From the NCBI GenBank assembly GCA_963809325.1, contig CAWEIZ010000007.1, positions 836,851-900,850 on the forward strand: DNA of 64,000 bases. Direction: 5' to 3'. Below the pieces are notes generated by a model. It made no database searches. It was not told the DNA's origin and saw only the letters and a list, made by a program, of their open reading frames with translations. Shown here one piece after another: positions 55,747 to 64,000 of the stretch (the stretch's first letter is position 1; the number at the start of each line of letters is the position of its first letter). The translations under genes and the position numbers were made by a program. The stretch is from an uncultured Actinomycetes bacterium. Lineage in GTDB: Bacteria; Actinomycetota; Thermoleophilia; Gaiellales; JAICJC01.

Positions 55747-56720
55747 ACGACGTCCTCTCGAACGATCAGATCGCCGCCCTCGTCGAGGCCGCCAAGGCGG
55801 GCGAGACCGGGGGGTCGGAGACGCCGGCGCCCAGGCGCCGCGCCCGGCGCGTGCGCGACATCGACTTCTCGCGGCCGAGCAAGTTCGCCCAGGACCAGCA
55901 GCGGCGGCTCGAGCGCGCGCACGAGAGCTTCTGCCGGACCGCCGGCCAGCGCCTGTCGACCGAGCTCCTGTCGCCGATCGAGCTGGAGGTCCTGGGCCTC
56001 GACCAGCTGACATGGTCGACCGCGATCGGCCAGATCCCGCAGCCCTCGATCTGCGCAACCATCGAGTGCCGGCCGCTGGGGACCCATGTCCTCATGACCG
56101 CGGAGCTGGCGCTGATGCTCCGGCTCGCCGAGCGGCTCATGGGCGGGACGTCCGCGACCTTGGTCAAGCCGCGGGAGCTGACCGAGATCGAGGTCGCGCT
56201 GGTTCGGCGGGTGTTCGACACCCTGCTCGAGCAGCTGAGCGTGACGTGGGCGGAGCTGGCCGGCCTGACGACCCACCTCCTGGGGGTCGAGTCACAGATC
56301 GCCAACGTCAACCTGGCCCCGCCGAGCGAGCCGACGCTCATGCTCACCATCGAGGCCAAGATCGACGGCTCGTCCTCGACGATGTCGCTCGTCCTCCCGC
56401 ACCGGGCCGTCGAGCCGGCGCTCGAGCACCTCTCGGGCAGCCAGTTCGGCGAGGTCGAGGTCGACCCCACGGCGCAGGCGGCCGTGCGCAAGGGCGTCGC
56501 GGCCGTCGACGTCGAGATCCGCGCCGAGGTCGCGTCGAGGCACATGCCGGTCGACGAGATGCTCGCACTCAAGCCCGGCGACGTCCTTCGCTTCCGGGTC
56601 CCGGCGGCGAACGGCGTCACGCTCTGCGCCGGTCACGTGCCGGCCCACCGCGCCCAGCCGGGCCGCAACGGCAACTGGCGCGCGGTGCAGGTCACCGGAC
56701 GGGCGGAGGTGCGGTCATGA
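55743..56720 (+). CDS. fliM: flagellar motor switch protein FliM
   Basis: N-terminal LSNDQIAALV CheY-binding-like peptide, RVRDIDFSRPSKF, and a C-terminal SpoA-like GDVLRF block. Confidence 0.88.
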   Translation: MNDVLSNDQIAALVEAAKAGETGGSETPAPRRRARRVRDIDFSRPSKFAQDQQRRLERAHESFCRTAGQRLSTELLSPIELEVLGLDQLTWSTAIGQIPQPSICATIECRPLGTHVLMTAELALMLRLAERLMGGTSATLVKPRELTEIEVALVRRVFDTLLEQLSVTWAELAGLTTHLLGVESQIANVNLAPPSEPTLMLTIEAKIDGSSSTMSLVLPHRAVEPALEHLSGSQFGEVEVDPTAQAAVRKGVAAVDVEIRAEVASRHMPVDEMLALKPGDVLRFRVPAANGVTLCAGHVPAHRAQPGRNGNWRAVQVTGRAEVRS

Positions 56721-57598
56721 CCACCGAAGAGGCCCTCATCCAGCTCGCCGACTCCACCAGCGAGGCAGTGGCCCAGGTGCTCGAGGTGGTCTCGCAGTCG
56801 ACGGTCGAGCGCAGCAAGGTCGCGGTCGTCCACTCCGACGACTCGCCGCTGCGATCGATCGCGATGCCCGCCGTCGTCGCGAACGTGTCGTACATCGACG
56901 GGGTCACGGGCGGGAACATCTTCGTCATGACCCGGCTCGGCGTGCAGCGCCTTGCCGCGGCCATGATGGGCATGGACGCCGCCTCCGTCGAGGAGGCCGA
57001 GGAGCTGTCCGAGCTCGACCTGTCGGCCGCCGGCGAGGCCATGAACCAGATGATGGCGGCCGCTGCGGGCGCGACAGCGAACGTCCTCCAGGAGGAGATC
57101 GAGATCAGCCCTCCGGAGACGCGGTTCTTCGCGACCCACGCCGAGGCGGTCGCAGCGTACGAGCTCACGCCGCACATGACGAGCGTCGGCCTGACGCTCC
57201 TCGGCGAGCCGTGCCGCCTGCTGCAGCTCGTGCCGAACGCCTTCGTCGTCCGCATGACGCGCGCGCTCGACGAGCTCGCCGCCGAGGAGGCGGGCGGGCA
57301 CCTCGACCGCGAGGGCCGCGACGGCATCTCCGGCGACGCCATCCGGTCGATCCCGGTGCGTGTGTGGGCCGAGCTCGGCCGCACCCACATGGCGGTCGGC
57401 CGGGCCGTGAACCTTGCGAACGGAGCAGTGGTCGACCTCGACCGCGCGCCGGACGATCCCGTTGATCTGTTTGTCAACGGCCGCCGCTTCGCCACCGGGA
57501 GGCTGCTCCTGGTCGACGACGAGTGGGCCGTGCGAATCGAATCCGTGCTCCCAGCCGGGAGCCATGCAGACACCGAATCTCGAGGAGGAAACGACTGA
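56717..57598 (+). CDS. fliY: flagellar motor switch phosphatase FliY (CheC-like domain plus FliN domain)
   Basis: C-terminal FliN/SpoA VRVWAELGRTHMAVGRAVNLANGAVVDLD..DLFVNGRRFATGRLLLVDDEWAVRI, with a CheC-like N-part. Confidence 0.85.
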   Translation: MTTEEALIQLADSTSEAVAQVLEVVSQSTVERSKVAVVHSDDSPLRSIAMPAVVANVSYIDGVTGGNIFVMTRLGVQRLAAAMMGMDAASVEEAEELSELDLSAAGEAMNQMMAAAAGATANVLQEEIEISPPETRFFATHAEAVAAYELTPHMTSVGLTLLGEPCRLLQLVPNAFVVRMTRALDELAAEEAGGHLDREGRDGISGDAIRSIPVRVWAELGRTHMAVGRAVNLANGAVVDLDRAPDDPVDLFVNGRRFATGRLLLVDDEWAVRIESVLPAGSHADTESRGGND

Positions 57599-57957
57599 TG
57601 GCACGCGTTCTCGTTGTTGACGACGCCGCCTTCATGCGCAAGATGCTGTCCGACGTGCTGGCCAAAGGCGGGCACGAGGTGATCGGAGAGGGTGCGAACG
57701 GCGTCGAGGCCGTCAGCCAGTATCAGGCGCTGAGGCCCGACATCATGACCCTTGACATCACCATGCCCGAGAAGGACGGCCTGGCGGCGCTCAAGGAGAT
57801 CCTGAACCAGGAGCCGACCGCCCGCGTGGTGATGTGCTCGGCACTCGGCCAGGAGGCGAAGGTGCTCGAGGCGATCAAGGCCGGTGCAAAGGACTTTGTC
57901 GTGAAGCCGTTCCAGCCCGACCGGGTGCTGGATGCGATCGGTAAGGCCCTTTCCTAA
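57598..57957 (+). CDS. cheY: chemotaxis response regulator CheY
   Basis: MARVLVVDDAAFMRKML...DIMTLDITMPEKDG...VMCSALG...KDFVVKPF; 119 aa. Confidence 0.9.
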   Translation: MARVLVVDDAAFMRKMLSDVLAKGGHEVIGEGANGVEAVSQYQALRPDIMTLDITMPEKDGLAALKEILNQEPTARVVMCSALGQEAKVLEAIKAGAKDFVVKPFQPDRVLDAIGKALS

Positions 57958-57965
57958 CAAAATGC

Positions 57966-57992
57966 TCAAAAACCAAGCACGTCAGACGATTA
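57966..57992 (+). promoter_or_regulatory. sigma-28-like motif TCAA-N15-GACGATTA
   Basis: Lies in the AT-rich 60-nt gap between cheY and fliJ, 26 nt upstream of the fliJ GTG. Confidence 0.4.
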
Positions 57993-58017
57993 CCCGGCCT
58001 GACCGCTTCGGACCCCT

Positions 58018-58482
58018 GTGGAACACACCCCATTCACCTTCAGACTCGAGCCGATTCGTGCCCTGCGAGAGCAGGCCGAACGGCAGGCTCAGGAAGCTCT
58101 CGCCCGCGAGCTGCGTCGTCAGCGCGCCCGCGAGACGGAGCTGGACGCGGCCAGCCGCCGCGTCGACAACGCCCGCGGTACGGGCGACCTTGAGCCGGGG
58201 ACGGAGGTCACCGGCCACGACCTGCGCGCGTTCCAGGCATACATGGAGCGCGTCGAGCGCGAACGGGACGCCGCGGCTCACGGCGTCGCGGCGCAGGCCC
58301 TCGAGGTAGACGCCGGCCGATCGCGGCTGGCGCGCGCAGCGCTCGAGCACGAGACCCTCGTCCGCCTGAAGGCGCGACGGCGCTCGGAGCACAACCGGGC
58401 GGTCGCACGGGCCGAGACCGCGGCCCTCGACGAGGTGGCGATCGCACGCCACGTCCGCCTGGCCCGCGAGGAGGCCGCATGA
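58018..58482 (+). CDS. fliJ: flagellar export protein FliJ
   Basis: 154-aa coiled-coil protein, FRLEPIRALREQAERQAQEAL. FliJ-like size and charge pattern. Confidence 0.65.
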   Translation: MEHTPFTFRLEPIRALREQAERQAQEALARELRRQRARETELDAASRRVDNARGTGDLEPGTEVTGHDLRAFQAYMERVERERDAAAHGVAAQALEVDAGRSRLARAALEHETLVRLKARRRSEHNRAVARAETAALDEVAIARHVRLAREEAA

Positions 58483-59063
58483 GCCTCGACGCCGCGATGA
58501 GCCGGATCGGCGAGATCCGGGCGCTCGAGGCGACGCTCGTCCAGGCGCCGGCATCGGCGACGCCGGCCCCGGCCGCGCAGCCGTTCTCGCAGGTGCTTGC
58601 GCAGACGCAGACCGGGACATCCGCCTCGGGCCTCCCGGCCCAGGCGCAGCAGTTTCTGCCTCAGATCCAGCAGGCCGCCGGCAAGTACGGGGTCGATCCG
58701 GCGCTGATCGAGGCCGTGATCCAGCAGGAGTCCGGCTTCAACCCGCAGGCGACCAGCTCGTCGGGCGCCGCGGGCCTCATGCAGCTCATGCCGGCCACCG
58801 CGCAGGGGCTGGGAGTCACCGACCCGTACGACCCCGCCCAGTCGATCGACGCCGGCGCGCGCTACCTGCGCGGACAGCTCGACCGCTATCACGGCGACGT
58901 CCGCCTGGCCCTCGCCGCGTACAACGCCGGCCCGGGCGCGGTCGCGCAGTACGGCGGCGTGCCGCCGTATCCCGAGACCCAGCGATATGTCGCAGCCGTG
59001 CTGCAGAACATGCAGCTCTTCGGCGCCACGACCACCGTCCAACCCAACGGGAGCACCTCATGA
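58479..59063 (+). CDS. lytic transglycosylase (SLT domain), flagellum-associated
   Basis: QQESGFNPQATSSSGAAGLMQLMPATA...AYNAGPGAV. Confidence 0.85.
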   Translation: MSLDAAMSRIGEIRALEATLVQAPASATPAPAAQPFSQVLAQTQTGTSASGLPAQAQQFLPQIQQAAGKYGVDPALIEAVIQQESGFNPQATSSSGAAGLMQLMPATAQGLGVTDPYDPAQSIDAGARYLRGQLDRYHGDVRLALAAYNAGPGAVAQYGGVPPYPETQRYVAAVLQNMQLFGATTTVQPNGSTS

Positions 59064-60479
59064 ACGACAGCGTCCCCGTCGTGGCCAAGCCACCGGCCCG
59101 CGACCATGCGCCGCCAGACCGCGGCCAGGAGCCGGCCCCCTCGGATGCGTTCGCCGCAGCCCTGGGAGCGGCTCAACCGGCCGAGGCCCCGCCCCCGGCC
59201 GAACCCGCCGCCCGGACCGCACCTGCGGAGGGCACGAAGGCCGAAGGCGACTCCTCCGGCCCCCACACCCGAAAGAGTGCCCGCGCGCCTCAAGAGGGCG
59301 CGATTCCGGCCACCTCGGCGGCGCCGGTGCTCGCACCGTCCGCCCCGGCACCCGCCGCAGCTTCGGCCGCAGCGGCCCTGCCTGTGGCCGCCCCGGTCGC
59401 CGCGCCCGTCCGGCGCCCCGGTCGCCGTGCCGGTCGCGCCCGCCCAGGCCGCCGCTCAGGCGACCGCTGGATCGCCGGCAAGCGTCCCGGCGGCCGCCCC
59501 GGCCGCCGAGCTCACTCCCGTGACGCGCGAGGAGGCGGCAGGCGCCGCCCCGGCCAAGAATGCGCAGCCGGCATCGCCGGAGGCGCCGCCACGGGACACC
59601 GCCGCAAGCCCCGCCCCGAAGACCCAGCAGCCGGCCGCCCCGGCGACCGAGCTCGCCGTCGAGCAGGCGGAGGCCCCGGCCGCCGCGGCAGGCAGCGAGG
59701 CCCCGGCAGCCGAGGCCGTACCGTCCGATCCCGCCGGCCGCGCCGTCCGCCCGCCGCAGCGCCCGACCGCCGGCCGCACCGCTCGTCCCGAGCGCTCGCG
59801 GGGCCGCGTCGAGCGCGACGCGGCAGCCGAGCCTGCGACGCCGTCCGCCCGTCCGCTCCGCGCGCCCGCCACGCCCGTGGCGCACCGCGAGCCGGCATCG
59901 ACCCAGGCGCCGGATGTCCGCTCGCCCGACGCCCCGGCGCCGGCACGTGCGGCCGTGGATGTCCAGGCACCGCCGGCCGGCCGCACCGCCGAGCCGGCCC
60001 GGATCGCCGAGCGCCCCGCGCCCGACCAGCCCCAGCCCGACGTCCGGCCGCGTGTGCGGCTGCGCGACGTCCCCGACGTCGCCCGCGCCACCCTGCGGGT
60101 CGCCGTCAAGGCGGGCGGCGCGGCCACGGCGCGCATCAGCCTCCACCCGGCCGACCTCGGCGGGGTGCGGATCACGATGCGCGTGCATGACGGCACCGTC
60201 GCGGCGACGCTCGCCGCCGAGTCGCCCGCCGCAGCGCAGGCGCTCGCCCAGACCGCCTCCGACCTGCGCCGCTCGCTCGAGGGCCAGGGCCTCCAGATCG
60301 CCTCGCTCGACGTCCACGTCGCCGGGGACGGCCCCGCCTCGAGCGGTGACCGCCGGCGCGCGCCGGACCTCGAGCAGGCGATGCAGAACACCGACGGGAC
60401 GGCGTCTGACGACGTCGTCGACATCACGACCGAGCTGCACCTCGTCCCGCTCGGGACGCAGGTCGACGTGCTCGCCTGA
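59060..60479 (+). CDS. fliK: flagellar hook-length control protein FliK, apparent frameshift near 59411
   Basis: ATG 59060 overlaps the SLT stop (ATGA). The N-terminus MNDSVPVV...DAFAAALGAAQ is in the frame of ORF 59060. The Pro/Ala-rich middle and the Flg_hook-like C-domain (ISLHPADLGGVRITMRVHDGTVAATLAAES) are in the frame of ORF 59106. Confidence 0.65.
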
Positions 60480-60488
60480 GGAGGATCC

Positions 60489-60893
60489 ATGAGCTCCGTC
60501 ACACCGACCACGTCCGGCACGCTCGGTGCCGCCGCGGCCGGAACGAACCCGAACGCCATCCTCGGGAAGGACGACTTCCTGAAGCTCCTGGTGACCCAGC
60601 TCCAGCACCAGGATCCGATGAACCCCATGGACGACAAGGACTTCATGGGCCAGATGGCGCAGTTCTCGTCGCTGGAGCAGATCACCAATCTGGTCGCCGC
60701 AACGCAGGCACAGTCGTTCTCGACCCAGATGTCCCAGGCTGTGGGCCTGATCGGCCACAGCGTCTCGTGGGTCGCCGCCGACGGAACCAACGGAACGGGC
60801 ACCGCATCGAAGGTGTCGATCTCCGACGGCGCCATCCAGATCACGGTCGGCGACTCCCAGATCACCCCGGACGAGATCGTGCAGGTCTCCTAG
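60489..60893 (+). CDS. flgD: flagellar hook assembly/capping protein FlgD
   Basis: [41 protein letters not shown]. Confidence 0.88.
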   Translation: MSSVTPTTSGTLGAAAAGTNPNAILGKDDFLKLLVTQLQHQDPMNPMDDKDFMGQMAQFSSLEQITNLVAATQAQSFSTQMSQAVGLIGHSVSWVAADGTNGTGTASKVSISDGAIQITVGDSQITPDEIVQVS

Positions 60894-60897
60894 CCCG

Positions 60898-61296
60898 ATG
60901 TCCGCCGAGCCCGTCCGCCTGAACCCCGCCCTGGCGCCTCCCGGCGTCGGCGCGACTCCCCGGCCCACGCCGGCGGCACCCGCCGCCGACCGTGCCGCGG
61001 CGAGCTTCGAAGGGGTGCTGCGGGCGAAGCTCGACGGGGCCGCCGAGATCCGCTTCTCGGGCCACGCGCTCGAGCGGCTGAAGCGGCGGGGCATCGACGT
61101 GGGCGAGGCGACCATGGCCAGGCTCCAGGACGGAGTCAGCCGCGCCTCGGCCAAGGGGGCCCGCGAGGCCCTGGTGCTGATCGACGGCACCGCCTTCGTC
61201 GTCTCGGTGCGGAACCGCACCGTCATCACCGCGGTGGGCGCGGATCAGATGCGCGATCGCGTCTTCACCAACATCGACAGCGCAGTCATCAACTAA
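60898..61296 (+). CDS. conserved 'flagellar operon protein' (TIGR02530-like) between flgD and flgE
   Basis: FSGHALERLKRRGI...ALVLIDGTAFVVSVRNRTVITAV...VFTNIDSAV. Family assigned from memory. Confidence 0.6.
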   Translation: MSAEPVRLNPALAPPGVGATPRPTPAAPAADRAAASFEGVLRAKLDGAAEIRFSGHALERLKRRGIDVGEATMARLQDGVSRASAKGAREALVLIDGTAFVVSVRNRTVITAVGADQMRDRVFTNIDSAVIN

Positions 61297-61368
61297 CCAC
61301 GAACCGACAGATGCCGCACGGGCTGGACCTCGCTGAGGAAGCCGGCGGCCAGAAGGGAAGCGATCCCC

Positions 61369-62205
61369 ATGATGCGAGGTATGTTCGCCGCGATCAGCGG
61401 CCTCAAGGTCCACCAGATGATGCTGGACGTGACGGCCAACGACATCGCGAACGTCAACACCATCGGCTTCAAGGCCGAGCGCACGAGCTTCAAGGACGCG
61501 CTCAGCCAGCTCCAGCGCGGCGCGAGCGCGCCGTCCGCAACGCTCGGCGGCACGAACTCGGCCCAGGTCGGGCTCGGTGTCCAGCTGAACGGCATCGACA
61601 ACCTGATGGGCTCCGGCGCCGTGCAGTCGACCGGGAACGCGCTCGACTGCGCGATCCAGGGCGACGGGTTCTTCCGGATCACGGACGATGCGGCGACCTT
61701 CGGCAACATCCTCTACACGCGCGCGGGGAACTTCTCCCGTGACGCCAACGGCGACGTCGTGACGCCCGAGGGCTACTACGTCGTCGGCTACACCATCGAC
61801 CCGCTCACGGGCGCTCCGACGGCCACCGAGACCACGATCAACGTGCCGGCGAACACGAAGTCCGTGACGATCGGCCAGGACGGCATCGTCACGACGATCG
61901 ACCCCGCGGGCGTTGTCACCCAGGTCGCCGCCATCTCGATGGCGAAGTTCCCGAACAACGAGGGCCTCGAGCGCGTCTCGGGCAACAAGTTCGCAGCGTC
62001 GAACAACTCGGGCGCCGAGTCGGTCGGCACCGCCGGCACGAACGGCCTCGGCACGCTCTCGCCGGGTGCCGTCGAGATGTCGAACGTCGACCTCGCCCAG
62101 GAGTTCACCAACATGATCACCGCCCAGCGCGGGTTCCAGGCGAACAGCCGCATCATCTCCACCGCCGACGAGATGCTCCAGGAGCTCGTCAACCTGAAGC
62201 ACTAG
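61369..62205 (+). CDS. flgE: flagellar hook protein FlgE (short, Bacillus-type)
   Basis: MFAAISGL...DVTANDIANVNTIGFK N-terminus and VEMSNVDLAQEFTNMITAQRGFQANSRII C-terminus; 278 aa. Confidence 0.85.
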   Translation: MMRGMFAAISGLKVHQMMLDVTANDIANVNTIGFKAERTSFKDALSQLQRGASAPSATLGGTNSAQVGLGVQLNGIDNLMGSGAVQSTGNALDCAIQGDGFFRITDDAATFGNILYTRAGNFSRDANGDVVTPEGYYVVGYTIDPLTGAPTATETTINVPANTKSVTIGQDGIVTTIDPAGVVTQVAAISMAKFPNNEGLERVSGNKFAASNNSGAESVGTAGTNGLGTLSPGAVEMSNVDLAQEFTNMITAQRGFQANSRIISTADEMLQELVNLKH

Positions 62206-62214
62206 GCCGGGCCG

Positions 62215-62242
62215 GGCCCCGCGGCATCCGCCGCGGGGCCCT
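62215..62242 (+). terminator. GC-rich hairpin (11-bp stem, CATCCG loop) after flgE
   Basis: GGGCCCCGCGG-CATCCG-CCGCGGGGCCC sits 10 nt after the flgE stop. No U-tract. Confidence 0.5.
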
Positions 62243-62260
62243 CCCCACCCCCACACCCCC

Positions 62261-62503
62261 ATGATCCCCGTACACCGCATCACGCAGCGCGACCACGAGC
62301 TCTACGTCAACCCCGAGCTCATCCAGACCGTCGAGGCGAACCCCGACACCGTCATCGCGCTCACGAACGGCTCGAAGTTCGTCGTGTCCGAGACGCCCGC
62401 CGAGGTTGCGCAGCTCATCCGCGATTGGCGCGCCGGCATCGTGGTCGCGAGCGGCGGGCACACGACCTGCGCGAACGTGCTCCCGCTTCGCCCTAGAGCG
62501 TGA
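62261..62503 (+). CDS. flbD: flagellar protein FlbD
   Basis: MIPVHRI..ELYVNPELIQTVEANPDTVIALTNGSKFVVSETPAEV. Confidence 0.8.
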   Translation: MIPVHRITQRDHELYVNPELIQTVEANPDTVIALTNGSKFVVSETPAEVAQLIRDWRAGIVVASGGHTTCANVLPLRPRA

Positions 62504-62530
62504 TGAAGAACAGGCAACTGTGGCCGATTA
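62504..62530 (+). promoter_or_regulatory. sigma-28-like motif TGAA-N15-GCCGATTA
   Basis: Starts immediately after the flbD stop, 67 nt upstream of the motA GTG. The -35 element is imperfect. Confidence 0.35.
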
Positions 62531-62596
62531 CCTGAACAAACGTCGTTCCCCGCAGCCACGGACGGCCGCGGTACTCACCCGAAGGATCGGAACCCA

Positions 62597-63413
62597 GTGA
62601 AAGCCATCACCGCCATCGGCATCGTGTGCGCCTTCGGTGCGCTGCTCGTTGGCAGCATCATGGAGGGCACGAGCCCGATGGCGCTTCATGAACATCCCGG
62701 CGCTGATCCTGATCGTGGGGGGAACGTCGGGCGCCGTCATGGCGTCGACGAACTTCCAGACGTTCATGGGGATGCCCAAGGGGATGATCATGAGCTTCAA
62801 GGGCTCGAGCATCGAGTCCGGCGGAGTCATCCACGACATGGTGGGCCTCGCCGAGAAGGCCCGGCGCAACGGCCTTCTCGCGCTCGAGGAGGACGTCGCC
62901 CGGATCGACGACGCCTACACGAAGAAGGGCCTTCAGCTGGTCGTCGACGGCACGGACTCGGATCTCGTCCGAACCATCCTCGAGTCCGAGGTCGACGGCA
63001 TGGCGCAGCGGCACAGCCAGATCGCCGGCATGTTCACGACCGCGGGCGGCTTCGCTCCGACGCTCGGAATCATCGGGACGGTCATGGGCCTCATCCACGT
63101 CCTCGAGAACCTGTCGGCACCGTCGACGCTTGGCCCGGCGATCTCGGGAGCGTTCATCGCCACGCTGTACGGCGTGTCGAGCGCCAACCTGCTCTTCCTG
63201 CCGGTCGGCAACAAGCTCAAGGAGATGTCGGCCACCGAGGTCAATCACCGCTACATGGTGCTCGAGGCGATCCTCTCGATCCAGGCCGGTGACAACCCGC
63301 GCGTCCTGGCCGAGAAGCTCGAGGCCTACCTGCCGCCGGCGAAGCGCGGCGCCCCCGAGAAGGGCGCGCCCGCGGTCGCTGCGGTCCCTGACGAGGAGCG
63401 GCAGGCGGCGTGA
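62597..63413 (+). CDS. motA: flagellar stator protein MotA, apparent +1 frameshift near 62687
   Basis: TM1 (VKAITAIGIVCAFGALLVGSIMEGTSPMAL) is in the frame of ORF 62597, with a GAAGGA RBS. TM2 onward (MNIPALILIVGGTSGAVMAS ... PTLGIIGTVMGLI ... LYGVSSANLLFLPVGNKL) is in the frame of ORF 62637. Confidence 0.75.
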
Positions 63414-64000
63414 GCGGGCACTCCTCACGCAGAGGGCGGCGCGGCCATGGAGGCGGCGGCGGGCACCAGGGCGGCGACGAGCGCTGGCTCCTCACGTACG
63501 CCGACATGATCACGCTCCTGATGGCGCTCTTCATGGTGCTGTTCTCGATCTCGTCGGTGAACATCTCCAAGTACCAGGTGCTCCAGCGCGCCCTCCAGAA
63601 GGCGTTCATGGGCGGCGTGCTCGACGGCGGCAAGAGCTTCCAGCAGGGCGAGCCCACCCGCATCCAGGGCGTCCAGTCCGCCACCGCGAGCCAGCAGATG
63701 GACTCGACCTTCCAGATCATGTCGCACAACCTGATCGGCAAAGTCGCCCCGAAGTCGCCGGCCCAGAAGGCGGCCGAGAAGCAGCAGGCCGCCGAGGAGC
63801 AGTCGAACCTGGAGGAGATCAAGGCGCAGGTGGACTCGTACGCGAAGCTGCACGGGTTCTCGGGGCTGATCCAGACGTCGATCGACCAGCGCGGGCTCGT
63901 GATCCGGCTCCTCACCGACAAGGTGCTCTTCGACTCGGGCCATGCCGAGCTCAAGGCCACGGGCACGCCGATCCTGACCGAGGTCTCGCACCTGCTCGTC
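63410..64000 (+). CDS. motB: flagellar stator protein MotB (N-terminal part; runs off window)
   Basis: GTG 63410 overlaps the motA stop (GTGA). My translation gives ERWLLTYADMITLLMALFMVLFSIS (TM with conserved Asp) then ...GLVIRLLTDKVLFDSGHAEL (start of OmpA-like domain). The frame is open to 64000. Confidence 0.85.
   Translation, partial: MSGHSSRRGRRGHGGGGGHQGGDERWLLTYADMITLLMALFMVLFSISSVNISKYQVLQRALQKAFMGGVLDGGKSFQQGEPTRIQGVQSATASQQMDSTFQIMSHNLIGKVAPKSPAQKAAEKQQAAEEQSNLEEIKAQVDSYAKLHGFSGLIQTSIDQRGLVIRLLTDKVLFDSGHAELKATGTPILTEVSHLLV

Noticed and set aside
52588-56058. 1156-aa ORF on the minus strand
   Set aside because: It is antisense to cheA-cheC-cheD-fliM, all of which have strong motifs. 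Its composition (Arg/Gly/Ala/Asp) is off-frame-like.
59100-60100. Repetitive-looking Pro/Ala-rich DNA considered as a tandem repeat or CRISPR-like array
   Set aside because: It has no fixed-length direct repeats or spacers. It is low-complexity coding sequence of the FliK central region.

Overview
This is a roughly 72% GC, actinobacterium-like chromosomal window. A Thermoleophilia/Solirubrobacterales-type origin is only my guess.

Gene content by region:
- 1-36 kb holds mixed metabolic and accessory genes. These are a P450, a Zn-ADH, an 846-aa patatin-like lipase and a PD40 beta-propeller protein. An AhpD-like protein sits next to an alpha-dioxygenase-like haem enzyme and a GMC oxidoreductase fused to a DUF4331-like domain. 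There is also an arginase-family/esterase/LysE operon, an acyl-CoA ligase, an ABC-F ATPase and galK. A c-di-GMP-style exopolysaccharide module (CheY-like RR, di-PilZ, HEAT, processive GT2) is followed by pgl, ppk1 and a GGDEF cyclase.
- 36-38 kb encodes a 2-oxoacid dehydrogenase E1 alpha/beta pair.
- 38.4-64 kb is a large monoderm (Firmicute-style) flagellar and chemotaxis locus. Its order is GT2-TPR, flaG-fliD-fliS, flgBC-fliEFGHI, cheW-cheB-cheR-cheA-cheC-cheD, fliM-fliY-cheY, fliJ-SLT-fliK-flgD-flgE, flbD-motA-motB.

Main non-genic signals:
- The strongest is three copies of a 200-253 bp repeat (26852-27104, 36079-36331, 50482-50681). Each has terminal inverted repeats and abuts a TAG stop codon. 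Conserved unpaired blocks are separated by hairpins whose stems differ between copies through compensatory changes. This fits a MITE-like element or a structured RNA that I cannot assign to a known family.
- Five sigma-28-like promoter motifs lie upstream of flagellar and chemotaxis operons.
- Dispersed hairpin terminators share a CATCC loop.

Sequence-quality caveat: several genes show apparent single-base frame switches (GGDEF sensor region, GT2-TPR, fliK, motA). There is also an in-frame TGA upstream of the GMC gene. These could be indel errors or real decay.

No rRNA, tRNA or CRISPR array was seen. All family assignments come from reading motifs by eye and from memory. No searches were run.
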